Assembly: GCA_964016885.1 (NCBI GenBank)
Contig: OZ024746.1
Location: 80,104,001 to 80,168,000, forward strand
Length of the DNA: 64,000 nt
Reading direction: 5' to 3'
From: Eledone cirrhosa
Lineage: Eukaryota
The stretch's first letter is position 1. Every line of letters begins with the position of its first letter. The position numbers and the translations under genes were made by a program. This document shows, piece by piece, positions 1-14,168 of this stretch. The notes under the pieces are model-generated. The model was not told where the DNA came from. It did not search any database and saw only the letters and a list, made by a program, of their open reading frames with translations.

Positions 1-27
1 GGTCTTTTTTTTTATATATCACTCTTA

Positions 28-540
28 CCACCACCACTACTGTCACCATCACCGTCACTACCAACCCCATCATCCCCATCCATCACCACCACCACCACCA
101 CTGTGAACACTAACTCCCACTACTGTTACCATCACCACCACCACCACCATGACAAACATGAACAACACAACACTACCACCGTCACCACTAAGGCTACTTC
201 TGCCATCATCTATTACCACCACCACCACCACCATTGTCACCTCTACCGCCAACACTACCACCACTACCACCACTACCACTACCACCATTACCACTACCAA
301 CACTACCACTACCACCACTACAACCACCATAACAACAACAACAACCACTCTCGCCACCCCTCCCCCACAACTACTACCACTGCCACGACCATTACCACCA
401 CTACCACCACTACAACCACCATAACAACAACAACCACTCTCGCCACCCCTCCCCCACAACTACTACCACTGCCACAACCACTACCACCACTACCACTATC
501 ACCACCACCACAACAACAACAACCAACAACCAACAACTAC
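28..540. repeat. (CAC/TAC/CAA)n trinucleotide low-complexity block
   Basis: Degenerate ACC/ACT/ACA triplets; source of the poly-T/H/P ORFs. Confidence 0.9.
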
Positions 541-704
541 AAAATCAAGGCTAGAATGCTTTTGATCATATCTGACCTGGGGCTAAACAAATACAGCAGC
601 AACAACGCCCAAGGGAGTCTGTATGCGGTCGTTTGGCCAGCAACTAAATCTCTCTACTAATCTTGCCCTGTTGTCCGAATAAATGACATATTAGATAATG
701 GAAT

Positions 705-845
705 GGATCTCCGTTGGTTTCAACGATGAGTGTTCCAGTGATTCAATCAACGAAACAGCTTACTCATGAAATGAACTTATATAGAGAGATTCAGCTTTAC
801 ACAGTGTATGCCAAGGCTGACCCTTTGTATTACAGGTACAGTCCA
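705..845 (-). mobile_element. SINE family 2, partial 3' part
   Basis: Similar to 1470-1640 and 51455-51620 (cgatgagtgttcca...acagtgt). Confidence 0.6.
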
Positions 846-997
846 TCTGACGGGCTTCCGAACAGTTTCCATCCACCCAGTTTCACTAACAAGGCTATGG
901 TAAATGGCATTTGCCTAAGATGCCATGCAATGGGATCAAACCCCGGACCTCATATAATTGCGAAGCAAACTTCTTAACCATTCAGCTATGTTGTGTC
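845..997 (-). mobile_element. tRNA-derived SINE family 3 (CORE-like)
   Basis: Minus strand atagctgaatggttaagaagtttgcttcgc...gggtttgatccc has A/B-box-like head; similar to 61086-61250. Confidence 0.65.
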
Positions 998-1264
998 CAC
1001 TCATTAGATAACGTACCGTTAGATACAACTAAAACATGGGCTAGGTATAGCTAGAAGGCCTTAGAGTTATAGTTATGCTTCATCATTGATTATACAACAA
1101 AAGGTAGGATGGTCACAGTTAGAATATCTCTTCATTTATCTCTCACAAGTGGCTATACAACAACAGCAACAAGAAAAACTACACACTTAAAGCAGCAGCA
1201 GTAGCAACAGCAGTAGCAATAGCAACAGTAACAGCAACAAAAACAGCAGCAATCATGCACCAAT

Positions 1265-1420
1265 GAAAGAATCTCGACATGGTCACCAGATCCACTAGAA
1301 ATAGTAGCCATGTCTCTCTCACAAATCATCGACTAACCATCTTTAAAAATGAAGGATTACACAACACATCTAATGTCTGATTTTAAGATGGGATGGTCAT
1401 GATTGGAATGCCTTCGATTA
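1265..1420 (+). mobile_element. Old dispersed repeat with CAA tail (other copies about 545-700, 7370-7560, 7805-7975, 36540-36660, and 51870-52040 on minus)
   Basis: Shared motifs ctagaaatagtagcc and gatggtcatg/cacgg.tggaatgc.tt.gatc across diverged copies. Confidence 0.55.
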
Positions 1421-1462
1421 CAACCAACATCACTTTCAGACTACTCGGTGGATATTGTGTAT

Positions 1463-1785
1463 TGGACCACTAATGGTTTCGACGATGAGTGTTCCATTTG
1501 ATTGATCAACGAAATAGCCTGTTTATGAAATTAACGTACAAGTGTCTGAGCATTCCATAATCACGTGTACCTTTAACGTAATCCTCTAGAGAATTCGGCG
1601 TGACACAGTGTGTGACAAGACTGGTCATTTGAATTAGTTAAGACACATTTTTTGCCAGTTGTGTGGACTGAAGTAACGTGAAATGAAATGTCTTGCTCAA
1701 GGACACAACGCGCGCCGCAAGGAATCGAACTCACGACCTCGCGATCGTATGCCCGAATACCCTAACCACTAAGTTGTGAACCTTC
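1463..1785 (-). mobile_element. tRNA-derived SINE family 2
   Basis: Minus head aacttagtggttagg...gagttcgattcc, then ttgtgtccttgagcaagac; homologous to 43805-44030. Confidence 0.8.
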
Positions 1786-1811
1786 AGAAACTACCCCGAT
1801 ACTGCCAATAT

Positions 1812-2006
1812 AATTTGGCAGTATCTGTAGAGGGTCAGACGCCATGCTTTGCTGCATAGAGCTATGGCCCTTTATGATCTGAGTTCAAATCCAGCCGAGG
1901 TTAGCTTTGCCTTTCATCCTTACGAGGGTCGGTCGATAAAATAAAGTACCAGTAATACACTCGGATATCATTGCTGGCCTTGTGCCAAAAAGTAGAAACA
2001 ATTATA
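1812..2006 (+). mobile_element. tRNA-derived SINE family 1
   Basis: A box tggcagtatc.g, B box gagttcaaatcc, body ctttgcctttcatccttacg...gataaaataaagtaccag, end ggccttgtgccaaaagtagaaacaatt. Confidence 0.9.
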
Positions 2007-2582
2007 ATTAACTACCATCACCACCATCGCCATCAGCACCACCGACCATACAACATAAACATCACCACCACCACTAACAGCACCATGACACACCAACACC
2101 ACCATCATCCACTATTACCATCACCATCACCATCACTATAGTCATCATCCACAGATATTCTCCCTACCCCGACTCCCTTTCTTATTCTCACATGCCCCCC
2201 CTCACCCCTCTTTTTAAGAATATAACCCTCCTCACACCTCACCACCGGCTCCAACTCCTTCAACGAATCCATTGTCTTTCCATTATATGACGTGATCTCT
2301 CAGACACGGCATTTACTTGCCCTCCCTCCTCCTCTACCTCTCTATTTCTCTCTCTCACTCACACCCTCAATCATCACCCAACCACCCAACTCATCATCCT
2401 CAGGCTACTCCACCCTGTAATCGAATTAGTTCTCCCCCCCCCCCCCTTGTCGTCGTCCCCCCACCCACACACATACACACTTCTCACTTTTATACTCCGG
2501 CGCGTGTTCAATTCCTCCTCTCTTCACCCTCTACCAACCGCCCCCTTCATACCACACGTACACACACACGCGCGCACTCACG

Positions 2583-2595
<13 letters not shown>

Positions 2596-2674
<79 letters not shown>

Positions 2675-2723
2675 TATATATACACATTCATATATATATA
2701 TATACAGTATATATATATATATA

Positions 2724-2759
<36 letters not shown>

Positions 2760-2778
2760 CAGTATATATATATATATA

Positions 2779-2819
<41 letters not shown>

Positions 2820-2900
2820 TCATATATATATATATATATATATGTGTGTGTATATATATGTATATAGATATATATACATATATTTATATATATATATATA

Positions 2901-2943
<43 letters not shown>

Positions 2944-2978
2944 TGTATATATATATATATATATATATACATATACAG

Positions 2979-3076
<98 letters not shown>

Positions 3077-3340
3077 TGTATATATATATATACTGTATAT
3101 ATATATATATACATATACAGATATGTATATATATATATATATATACACACACACATATATATGTCTATATATATATACACACACACATATATATGTCTAT
3201 ATATATATATATACACACACACACATATATATGTCTATATATATATATACACACATATATATATATACACACATATATATATATACACACATATATATGA
3301 CTATATATATGACTATATATGACTATATATATATATATAA
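2596..3340. repeat. (TA)n/(CA)n compound microsatellite
   Basis: Direct inspection. Confidence 0.95.
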
Positions 3341-3649
3341 TATGAGCAAATGTACATTTTAAACACATTCATGCAAACATTTTGACGCAGACAACACATA
3401 CATTCATACGCACACATAGACATAAGCTCATACACATACACATGCACCCTCCTTCATACGACAATCACGTACACACACACATATGTGTGTTTCAGTATAT
3501 ACATATATATGTGTGTGTGTGTGTATGTGTGTGTGTGTGTGTGTTTAGCTACCTAATTATATATATGTCTATCTACCAATCTGTCCATTTATCCTTGTAA
3601 CAATTTATCCATTTATGTCTATAGATCTTCCTTCTCTATTTTCTTCACT

Positions 3650-3729
3650 TTCTCTCTCCTACTCTTCCCTACTCTCCCCCACTCTCTCTCTCTCCCTTCT
3701 AGATTTCCATCTTGCTCTCTCCCTCTCTC

Positions 3730-3775
<46 letters not shown>

Positions 3776-3893
3776 CCACTCTCTCTCTCTCTCTTCTCTA
3801 TCTCCATCTTGCTCTCTCTCTTTCTCACTATCTCTCTCTCCCCTCTTCCCCACCCTCTCTCTCTCTCTCTCCCTTCTAGATTTCCATCTTGCT

Positions 3894-3948
<55 letters not shown>

Positions 3949-4151
3949 ATCTCCATCTTGCTCTCTCTCTCTTCTCTATCTCCATCTTGCTCTCTCTCTT
4001 TCTCACTATCTCTCTCTCCCCTCTTCCCCACTCTCTCTCTCCCTTCTCTATCTCTATCTTTGCTCCCTCTCTCTTGCTCACTCTCTCTCTCCCCTCTTCC
4101 CCACTCTCTCTCTCTCTCTCTGCCTTCTCTATCTCCATATTGTTCTCTCTT

Positions 4152-4190
<39 letters not shown>

Positions 4191-4231
4191 TCTCTCTCTA
4201 TATATATATATATAAATATATATATATATAT

Positions 4232-4329
<98 letters not shown>

Positions 4330-4370
4330 TCTCTCTCTCTATATATATATATATATAAATATTCTCTCTC
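3650..4370. repeat. (CT)n composite repeat with recurring ctccatcttgct and cctcttccccactc modules, then (CT)n(TA)n
   Basis: Direct inspection. Confidence 0.85.
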
Positions 4371-4397
4371 TCGTTATCTATCTATCAATCATTCGGA

Positions 4398-4517
4398 CTG
4401 AGTTCAAATCCCGCCGAGGTTAACTTTGCCTTTCATCCTTACGGGGTCGATAAAATAAAGTACCAGTAATGCACTGGGTAATTTGCTGGCCTTGTGCCAA
4501 AAAGTAGAAACAATTAT
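4398..4517 (+). mobile_element. SINE family 1, 5'-truncated
   Basis: Starts at the B box; matches family consensus. Confidence 0.9.
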
Positions 4518-4528
4518 ATATATATAAG

Positions 4529-4720
4529 GGGCGGTGGATTGGCAGTATCGGTAGAGGCTCGGACGCCATGCTTTGACGCATAGAGTTACGGCCCTTGTCA
4601 TTCTGAGTTCAAATCCCGTCGATGTTAACTTTACCTTTCATCCTTACAGGGTCGATAAAATAAAGTACCGTAATGCACTGGAATAATTGCTGGCCTTGTG
4701 CCAAAAGTATAAGCAATTAT
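4529..4720 (+). mobile_element. SINE family 1, full length
   Basis: ggcggtggattggcagtatcgg head through ccaaaagta.aa.caatt end. Confidence 0.9.
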
Positions 4721-4735
4721 ATATATATATATATA

Positions 4736-4812
4736 CAGGGTGGCCCCAAAATATATACACTCTTCAACAGTATTCTAATCAAAGTGTGTATACATGTTTG
4801 TGGGACACCCTG
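4736..4812. mobile_element. Tc1/mariner-type MITE (about 77 bp)
   Basis: Imperfect TIRs cagggtggccccaaaa / tttgtgggacaccctg, preceded by TA inside a TA tract. Confidence 0.65.
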
Positions 4813-4881
4813 TCTATATATATAATATATAATATATACACAGTAAATAGTGTGTTTAGAATTACAAGGGTAGTAAGACCA

Positions 4882-4921
<40 letters not shown>

Positions 4922-5235
4922 TGGTCTTACTAACACTTTCCCCCCGTATCTTTCTCCCAGACTTACCTTCACCCTTTCTTTTTCATTAACCCCCTTTCTT
5001 TCTTGCACTTAATCATTTTTCTTTTTCTCTTTTTCTCAAATTCTTAACGTCTTTTTCTACCCCCACCCCCCCACCCCTCCCCACTCATACATCACTTTCT
5101 CTCTCTTTTTTCTCCCCCTTTCTCTCTTTCCTTCCCACACGTTTCTTCTATCTATCTTTCTCTGCCTCTTCTCTTTCTCAGTTATTTTCCCTACCACTCG
5201 TTCTCTTTTTCTTCCCCTCTTTCTCTTTATCATTC

Positions 5236-5930
5236 TTCTCTCCCTATTTCCCTCTCTCCCTATTCTCCTCTCTCCCTATTTCCTCTCTCCCTATTTCCCT
5301 CTCTCCCTATTCCCCTCTCTCCCTATTCCCCTCTCTCCCTATTTCCCTCTCTCTCTATTCCCCTCTCTCCTTATTCCCCTCTCTCCCTATTTCCCTCTCT
5401 CCCTATTCCCCTCTCTCCCTATTTCCCTCTCTCCCTATTCCCCTCTCTCCCTATTCCCCTCTCTCCCTATTTCCCTCTCTCTCTATTCCCCTCTCTCCTT
5501 ATTCCCCTCTCTCCCTATTTCCCTCTCTCCCTATTCCCCTCTCTCCCTATTTCCCTCTCTCTCTATTCCCCTCTCTCCTTATTCCCCTCTCTCCCTATTT
5601 CCCTCTCTCCCTATTTCCCTCTCTCCATATTCCCCTCTCTCCCTATTCCCTCTCTCCCTATTTCCCTCTCTCCATATTCCCCTCTCTCCCTATTTCCCTC
5701 TCTCCATATTCCCCTCTCTCCCTATTCCCCTCTCTCCCTATTCCCTCTCTCCCTATTCCCCTCTCTCCCTATTCCCTCTCTCCCTATTCCCTCTCTCCCT
5801 ATTCCCTTCTCTCCTTATTCCTTCTCTCCCTATTTCCCTCTCTCACTATTTCCCTCTCTCCCTATTTCCCTCTCTCTCTATTCCCCCTCTCTCCCTATTC
5901 CCCTCTCTCCCTATTCCCCCTCTCCATATC
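5236..5930. repeat. 16-bp minisatellite (CCCTATTYCCCTCTCT)n
   Basis: About 43 tandem units, strongly polypyrimidine. Confidence 0.95.
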
Positions 5931-6609
5931 CATATTCCTCTGTCTTTTCCTCTCTGACTTCTTCCTCGTTACCATATCTGATTTTCCCATCTCTGTCTCT
6001 CTCTCTGCCTCTTTCTCCCTCTCCCTCTCTCTCGCGCTCTCTCTCTCTCTCTCTCTCATATTCTCTCTCTTTCTCTCTCCCTTTCTTTATTTGATTCTCC
6101 CTTTCTAATTCTCGTGCTCTCCTCTTCCCCTCTCTCCTCTCTCTCTCCACTCTCTCTCTCACCTCTCTCACCCTCTATCTCTCCCCCATTTCTCTCTCTC
6201 CCCTCTCTTTCCCTATTCCCCTCTCCCCCCATCTCTCCCCCCCTCTCTCTCTCCCCCGCCCCATCACCCTCTCTCCCTCTCTCTCTCTCTCCCTCTATCC
6301 GTTCACCTTCCTCTCTGCACCATTACATTTGTACTTACAGTTTAATACTCTTCCTCTAACTCAGTCCATCACACTTATCTCAGCCATGCTCCTACCATTG
6401 CCATCATATCGGCCATATTTCACAGCCTCACACCCAGCGGCACACCCAGCCTCCCACCCAGCGGCACACACTCCACACACGCTCCTCTTCTATATTTTCT
6501 TATTCTTATTCTTCTTTTTTTTTGTATTTCTTGTATTTCTTCTTCATCTTCTTTATTTTCTTTCTTAATCGCATCAATAACGGTTTCTATCCTCCACCGT
6601 CAAAACAAA

Positions 6610-7010
6610 CACATCATCACCACCACCACCCTCAACACCACCTCCACCACCACCTCCTCCACCACCACCACCACCTCCGCCACCACGACCACCTCCACCA
6701 CCACCACCACCACCACGACCACCAACAACAACAAGAACAACACCACCTACACCACCACCACCATCACCACCTCCATCACCTCCACCAGCACCTCCACCAC
6801 CACGACCACTACCACCACCATCACCACCTACATCACCTCCACCACCACCTCCACCACCACCATCACCACCTCCACCAACAACAACAACACCTACACCACC
6901 ACCACTACGACCACCACCACCACCATCACCACCTACATCACCTCCACCACCACCTCCACCATCACGACCACCACCACCACCATCACCACCTCCACCGACA
7001 ACAACAACCG
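6610..7010. repeat. (CAC)n-derived low-complexity block
   Basis: Direct inspection. Confidence 0.9.
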
Positions 7011-8710
7011 CCTTAAACAACACGTTTGCTAGTAACTACACCAATCTCTTTACATCAATCTCTACCATCAAATTGGTCACCACAGCCGGCCCCATCACCA
7101 CTCTACCACTCCATTAATATCATTCCATCCACTAAAAACACCACCAACATCTCTATCACCTTCACCAATCGATTCCCCAACTTCATATCAATCTGAACTA
7201 CTCAGCTAAATTTTCATCAACCCCCTTCTCCATCCCACCACCACCATCTTCTCACAATCACCACTATTACCAATATCACCTCAAGCATCACCGCCACACT
7301 TTCATCATCGGTACCATCATTCAAATCTTTGACAACGGTGCCATCAACCATAGTAACCATCAACAGATAAAAATAGCAGTCAAATTCTCTGTTCTCTGAA
7401 ATAACACTTTATTGTCTTAAAAAAAGTAGGCCATATTGGTGAATATAGTTCAGGATATATATAAAAATAAACGGGAATGGCACGGATAGAACACATTGGA
7501 TCACAGTGCTGTCCTATCTACATCGATTTTGATATAAACATTAGTAGCAACAACAACAATAGTAGCAACAATAAAAAGCATCACTTGCAAACAAGCACGA
7601 TATAGCGTCGGATTAAAACGCTAAACCCATTCATTTATCTCGGTCTTCCTACGGTCAGAGATAAAATCCCTCTAAAGTCGAACAGTACGTCTCATTCCAA
7701 AACACGTAACAGAAGTATACAGCAAGAGAAGTACCAGTAATAAACTGAGGTGTCATCACAAATTACTATCACCACCACAAGCCAATGAAGATTCTTCTTG
7801 GTGGATGCTTAAACTGTTAAAAATAACAGCTAAATTTCCCCCTAACCACACTCTAGCATCTTGGAAACGAGCACATCGTGTAATGAAATCCAAGATGTTC
7901 TGCATTTGAGAAAAAGACGGGTGAGATGGTCGTGGCTGGGATGCTTTCGATCAGGACGAAACAGCAACAACAATCACACACATCCAGCAGCACTATTAAA
8001 ATGATTATTGATGTTGTTGTCGTATTGGTTATTATTGTTGTCATCGTCGTCGTCATTGTTGTTGCTGCTGATATCTTTATTATTATTATTATTATTGCTA
8101 CTGCTATTATTGTTGGTGGTAATTGTATTTATTTATGTATTTATTTATTCATTCATTCATTTTAAACGTTCCATCTCCAACAACTCAGAACTCTCTTTAC
8201 ACTTTATTTGCCCCGAAGGCCAACAACACAAGACCATATACAGTTACGTCCCCTTCCTTTTCCATCTCATATCGACCTTCAACAACACAGATGCCAGCCA
8301 GGGCGAAGTAAGTGGGTTGTTCCCTTTTACATGCTACTTCATATTTAAGTGGGTAGGGAATGGAACATTGTAGGTGGTGTGTTGAGTGCCTTGCAGTGTT
8401 TTTAGTTTGTGTGCAGAGGGAGCGGGGTACTTTTGTGGGTGCGGCTTCCGAAAAATTACTACTGGCCAGCCAACCAACCAACCACACCCACTCTATAACT
8501 CAAACGAGTGCACAAGGAAATCTCCATTTTGTCTTTTTTTTTTATTTGTTTTGTTGGGGGTTTGGGGGAGGTTTTTTGGCAGCTATCACCTTTATCGCCA
8601 CCTATCCACCACATTCACCTCCACCCATGCTACAGCCCCTACTTCTACCAACACGATACTCACTATTAGTTGAACAATATAAATAGAGACAAATGTATAA
8701 ATGAATAATA

Positions 8711-8741
<31 letters not shown>

Positions 8742-8811
8742 ATATGTCACCGTTACCGACACGCTGAGCCATTTTCGTTAGAAGACAAGCTGGTGTTCTG
8801 ACGCACACACA

Positions 8812-9324
<513 letters not shown>

Positions 9325-9756
9325 ATGGAAAGTTATATTTAAAATTGTTGGGTTACAACTAGTAAATATTTATAACTGATATAAAAGCACTCGACAAATA
9401 TTTGGAGTATATTTACAATATTAAATAAATGGAAACTATATTTATAAAACCATATTTATTTCATTATATATATTTCGGGGATATCATATTAACAATATGC
9501 TATGCCTTCCTCAGACAAAATACAATATAAACAGTTTTATATATAAATAGATTCGACATACCGTTATAACACCGACTTGCATTTGAAGAGGTTAAGCTGG
9601 CATTTGAAGAGGTTAAACTGCCAGCTTAACCTCTTCAAATGCAAGTCGGTGTTATAACGGTATGTCGAATCTATTTATCTATAAAACTGTTTATATTGTA
9701 TTTTGTCTGAGGAAGGCATAGCATATTGTTAATATGATATCCCCGAAATATATATA
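9325..9756. mobile_element. Penelope-like pLTR fragment, family A, fold-back
   Basis: Near-perfect inverted arms 9465-9602 / 9619-9756; homologous to 32450-32635 and 41620-41822; embedded in TA; contains hammerhead motifs. Confidence 0.7.
9457..9522 (-). ncRNA. Type I minimal hammerhead ribozyme motif (family A)
   Basis: TATTTTGT-CTGAGGA-stem II(...CATATT gtt AATATG...)-GAAA-TATATA-TA/ATGAAATA; stem I pairs with G.U; A.C at 10.1/11.1. Confidence 0.65.
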
Positions 9757-9779
9757 TTGTATATATATTTATATATATT

Positions 9780-9810
<31 letters not shown>

Positions 9811-10350
9811 ATATATATAAATATATATATATATTTATATATATATATATGAATGTGTGTGTGTGTGTGTATGCATGCATGTATGTTTCTCTGTATGTTT
9901 GTATGTATGTATGTGTGTATGTTTGTATATTTGCATGTATATTGGAAAATGACAGGACTGTTGGAGTGGCTTCAGAGGTTTTAACAAGAATTGTGGTCGT
10001 TCCTGGTAGTTTATGTGTTTGGTGGAGAGGACAATTTATTGTTGTTGCAAATGACTTCAATGTTGTCAAGTCTTTTTTAAAAAGCATTAACGATTCTTTA
10101 AGATTCTGTATATTTTAAATGAATTTATGGCGTTTTGAGGCAAAAGGAACAATATTCGGATATTATCAGATGTCGTAATGTTTCGGGTAGTTTCCAGTAG
10201 TTTCGGGTTGGTTTTGGCAACATTACAACTCCCTAGAGTCTTCCAGTTATTAAAACGGATTGGTGAATCTCTAGATGTGTCATATGTATGTATGAAACAG
10301 TTCTAGTCCTGTAAAGGCCATTTCTATATTAAATTTGTTATATATACATA

Positions 10351-10402
<52 letters not shown>

Positions 10403-10408
<6 letters not shown>

Positions 10409-10458
10409 TAATATGTCCAATAAATTCCTTTCGTCGCAACACTGATTCTCTTTTTTCT

Positions 10459-10462
<4 letters not shown>
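10403..10462 (+). mobile_element. Family J 3' fragment in TA tract
   Basis: Reverse-complement match to 56017-56075. Confidence 0.65.
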
Positions 10463-10519
<57 letters not shown>

Positions 10520-10681
10520 CAAGGAGACTACAAACTGATTTACAAAATGTTTTATTAATTTCACGCTTTATATTAAAAAAAGGAAAGAAAGTTCGATGTA
10601 TCTGACTTAATCCCTTTTTCAGGAATATAAAATAGAGACAGCATCGCAAAGGAGGAACAGAAAAAAGGTCCTAGTAAATAA

Positions 10682-10726
<45 letters not shown>

Positions 10727-10760
10727 TGTATGTATATATATATATAGAGAGAGAGAGAGA

Positions 10761-11130
10761 GAATTCACAAGAATCAAAGTTATGTTCAAATCATTTATTC
10801 ACTTACAATTGTTTCATCCAAACCTAGGCTTGGAGTCTTCGGAGCATTTTTCAATGTTTGTACACATAATTGACCTCCTTTCCAACGCAAGAGACATATA
10901 GATACATATATATATATATATTGATGTACAGTGGAGTGGCATATATTATACTATACTGTTTTTGTACAGCAATTCGAACATAACAGCAATTTGAACTTAA
11001 CTTTGATTCTTGTGAATTCTATGTAACTGCTCAGTAGAACAACTGATGTTATTACATTGAGCTATTTATCTTACTGGTAATAAGGTAGTAATAAATTACT
11101 GAGCTTCACTGTTTATGGTTTAAAATATAC
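10761..11130. mobile_element. Family I pLTR-like fragment with inverted segment
   Basis: 10761-10791 is inverted relative to 10989-11019; hammerhead motif on minus strand. Confidence 0.55.
10800..10846 (-). ncRNA. Minimal hammerhead motif, U4C variant
   Basis: TGCT-CCGAAGA-C-TCCAAGCC ta GGTTTGGA-T-GAAA-CAATTG-TA/AGTG, followed by AATAAA. Confidence 0.55.
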
Positions 11131-11237
11131 ATAACTCTAAAAAGTTTTAATATATACATAACCATAAATAGTATCCCTAATATTATATATATATATATAT
11201 ATGTATATACATATACATATATATACATATATATACA

Positions 11238-11244
<7 letters not shown>

Positions 11245-11273
<29 letters not shown>

Positions 11274-11327
11274 TGTATGTATGTATGTATGTATGTATGT
11301 ATGTATGTATGTATGTATGTATGTATG
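11245..11327. repeat. (ATGT)n tetranucleotide
   Basis: Direct inspection. Confidence 0.95.
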
Positions 11328-12099
11328 AATATCCTATGTATGTGCGCGTGAATGACAGAATATGACTATATATATAGTTGTAGTATCCCAAATAGACATA
11401 CATGCTCTTCATTCAAATTAGCTTTCAAATTTGTTTTGAGATTTAACTATTGCTATCAAGACATTATTGCTTTCTCAATTATCTTTATCTTTCTCTTTAT
11501 AGTTTTATAACATTTTGAAATCTATTAAACCATTAACCCCCAAATTTTACACGGTTATTATTATCGCTAAAAACTATTATCATCTTTAAATATCAGACTC
11601 ATACTTAAGTATTTTTAAATTACGTCAAATCATCTGTACGCTAATTTATATATAATTTTATATATATAAATTAGACATGTATTTATAATTTATTTACATG
11701 TATTTATAATGTATTTACGGCTCCTATGTTCATTAGTAGAGCTTCTTATGTTGAAAGGATTCGGCTATTATTTCTAGCTGTAGATAACCCTATCCACGCC
11801 ACTGGCTTGATGGCGGGGCGATGTGTGTTTTTTTAAACCACATGTGCTTTTTCACCGTTATCCCCTGATTTGCTCGAGTGTGTAATCATAGATAGTTAAA
11901 TATTCTCCTTTGCCGAAGATCCCAGATTTGACATCTGTGAGTCACTGATTAATGGTGAAATATGTTTCTCCAATGGAATATATACAAAGGAGATTAATCA
12001 TTATTGCAACGTATCTATATTCATGGTTCTTATTTAATGTTTAACATGTTACCTCCGTACATATTATCCCCTGTAATTGTTTGATGTGTTTATTTTATA

Positions 12100-12599
12100 T
12101 ATATATATATACATATATATAGTTGTATTCCTGTCTGTTTGTTCACGAACTACTCCTATGGTTTTGGAGATAGACCCCCATAACCATATATATTCTGAAA
12201 CTATAGTGCCCAGGGTACTTGGATAAGTATATTTCATTTTAACCAAAGGGTTCCCGGGAGCACAAAACCCCCGCTGAAAATGTTTTCCCTTCAATTTATA
12301 TGAAATTTAAACCATAGGTAAATGACAAGATATGATGCTTATTCACAAAAATTGTGAATTGATATTTTGAAAACAGTTATTTACAAGAAACAAATAAGAA
12401 TAAGATTTAATAATGTCATTTTGATTTGATATAATACAAATAATAATGTTTTTTAATTTTTCATGCATTACATTTTACATTGAGTAATATTAAAATGCAG
12501 AGTTTTTCTCCATAAATTATATTACTGATTTAAAATCAATCATCATTTTCTTACAAAAAAAATGTGTGAAACGCAGCAAGGCGCGGGTAATTCGGCTAG
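12100..12599 (+). mobile_element. Non-autonomous Helitron-like element
   Basis: 3' end acgcagcaaggcgcgggtaattcggCTAG then T (imperfect GC hairpin plus CTAG); 5' TA-rich start then ctgtctgtttgtt; 5' boundary uncertain. Confidence 0.55.
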
Positions 12600-12867
12600 T
12601 ATATATATGTCATCCTACTTTTAATTTAATTATATAATTTATATAAATTTATACATTTATAATTTGTATATTCAGTTACGAGTTTGTTCATTTTTAATAT
12701 TGACTTTTTGTTGTTTAAGTTACACAATAGTGTCGTTTGTTTAGTTGTTTCTGCTGTTGTTGTTGATGATGCTGTTGTTATATATTTATGTTACTGCTGT
12801 TGTTGATGATGTTGTTGCTACCATTATTGTTATTATAGTTTACCGTTATTTTTGTTATAATAATAAT

Positions 12868-13007
12868 AATTGTTTCTACTTTTGGCACAAGGCCGGCAAT
12901 CTCCCAGTGCATTACTGGTACTTTATTTTATCGAATCCGTAAGGGTGAACGGCAAAGTGTTAACCTGGCGGGATTTCAACTCAGGGCGTAAAGGGCCATA
13001 ACTCTAT
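12868..13007 (-). mobile_element. SINE family 1, partial
   Basis: Reverse complement of the family body. Confidence 0.85.
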
Positions 13008-13234
13008 TGTTATAATAATGATAATAATGATTTCTTATATAAGCACAAGGCCAGCAATTTTGGGGGAGGGGAAGTCGATTATCGACCTCATAAAGTACCA
13101 GCAATGCACTGGCATAATTGCTGGCCTTGTGACAAAAATAGAAACGATATGACCTTATTGTAAACCCCCACTGTCCCTGTCTTTGTATTGTCCCCTACAT
13201 GTCGGCCCTTGTGGCTAATAAACGATATCAGCAT

Positions 13235-13422
13235 GGTGGATTGGCAGTATCGGTAGAGGGTCAGACGCCATGCTTTGACATATTGAGTTACGGCCCTTGC
13301 CATTCTGAGTTCAAATCCCGCCGAGGTTGACTTTGCTTTTCATCCTTACGGGGTCGATAAAATAAAGTACCAGTAATACACTGGGTAATTGCTGGCCTTG
13401 TGCCAAAAGTAGAAACAATTAT
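13235..13422 (+). mobile_element. SINE family 1, full length
   Basis: Consensus head and end, (att)n tail. Confidence 0.9.
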
Positions 13423-13555
13423 TATTATCATTATTGCCGTTCTTGTATTTTCTTGTGTGTGTGTGTGGGGGGGGGGGGGGGGTTAAATAATCTTCTTGTT
13501 CTTTTTCCTATGTTTTTATTTGTGTTTGCTTGTTTGTTTTTCTCATTTGTTAATT

Positions 13556-13571
13556 CTGCTGCTGCTGCTGC

Positions 13572-13646
<75 letters not shown>

Positions 13647-13940
13647 AAGCATTGCTCTACGTTGTGTATACTGTTTTGTATTGATCTTTTTTGTCATCAT
13701 CATCGTCGTCATTGTCGTCGTCACCATCAACATCACGCCATCATCACCATCATCATCATCGTCATCATCACCATCATCATCAACATCATCACCACCATCA
13801 CCATCATCATCGATCATCAGCATCAATGTGTATCATCACCACCGTCACCACCATCATCATCCTCATCACCATCATCATCATCACCATCATCATCATCACC
13901 ATCATCACCATCATCATCATCATCATCACCACCATCACAG
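13556..13940. repeat. (GCT)/(GTT)n and (CAT/CAC)n microsatellites
   Basis: Direct inspection. Confidence 0.9.
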
Positions 13941-14052
13941 TGGAGTTACTTACGATAGACTTCTCTTTTACAAGTTTGTAAGTTTCTGAAAAAAATATAA
14001 GATTACTTTCTAAATTGGATTTTCTTTTTTGTTTTATTTGTTGCTTTAGTAT

Positions 14053-14168
14053 CGTACTTGTATGTACCATGTACCCCTTGTATGTGCTTGTATGTACCAT
14101 GTACCCCTTGTATGTACTTGTATGTATCATGTACCCCTTGTAGGTACTTGTAAGTACCATGTACCCCT
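14053..14168. repeat. 30-bp tandem repeat, 4 copies (gtacttgtatgtaccatgtaccccttgtat)
   Basis: Direct inspection. Confidence 0.9.

Noticed and set aside
8219-8307. Possible 89-nt exon (aag acceptor, gtaagt donor)
   Set aside because: No recognisable peptide or partner exons; such signals occur by chance
10265-10322. GAAACAG...CTGTA hammerhead-like 3' half
   Set aside because: Upstream core too degenerate to call
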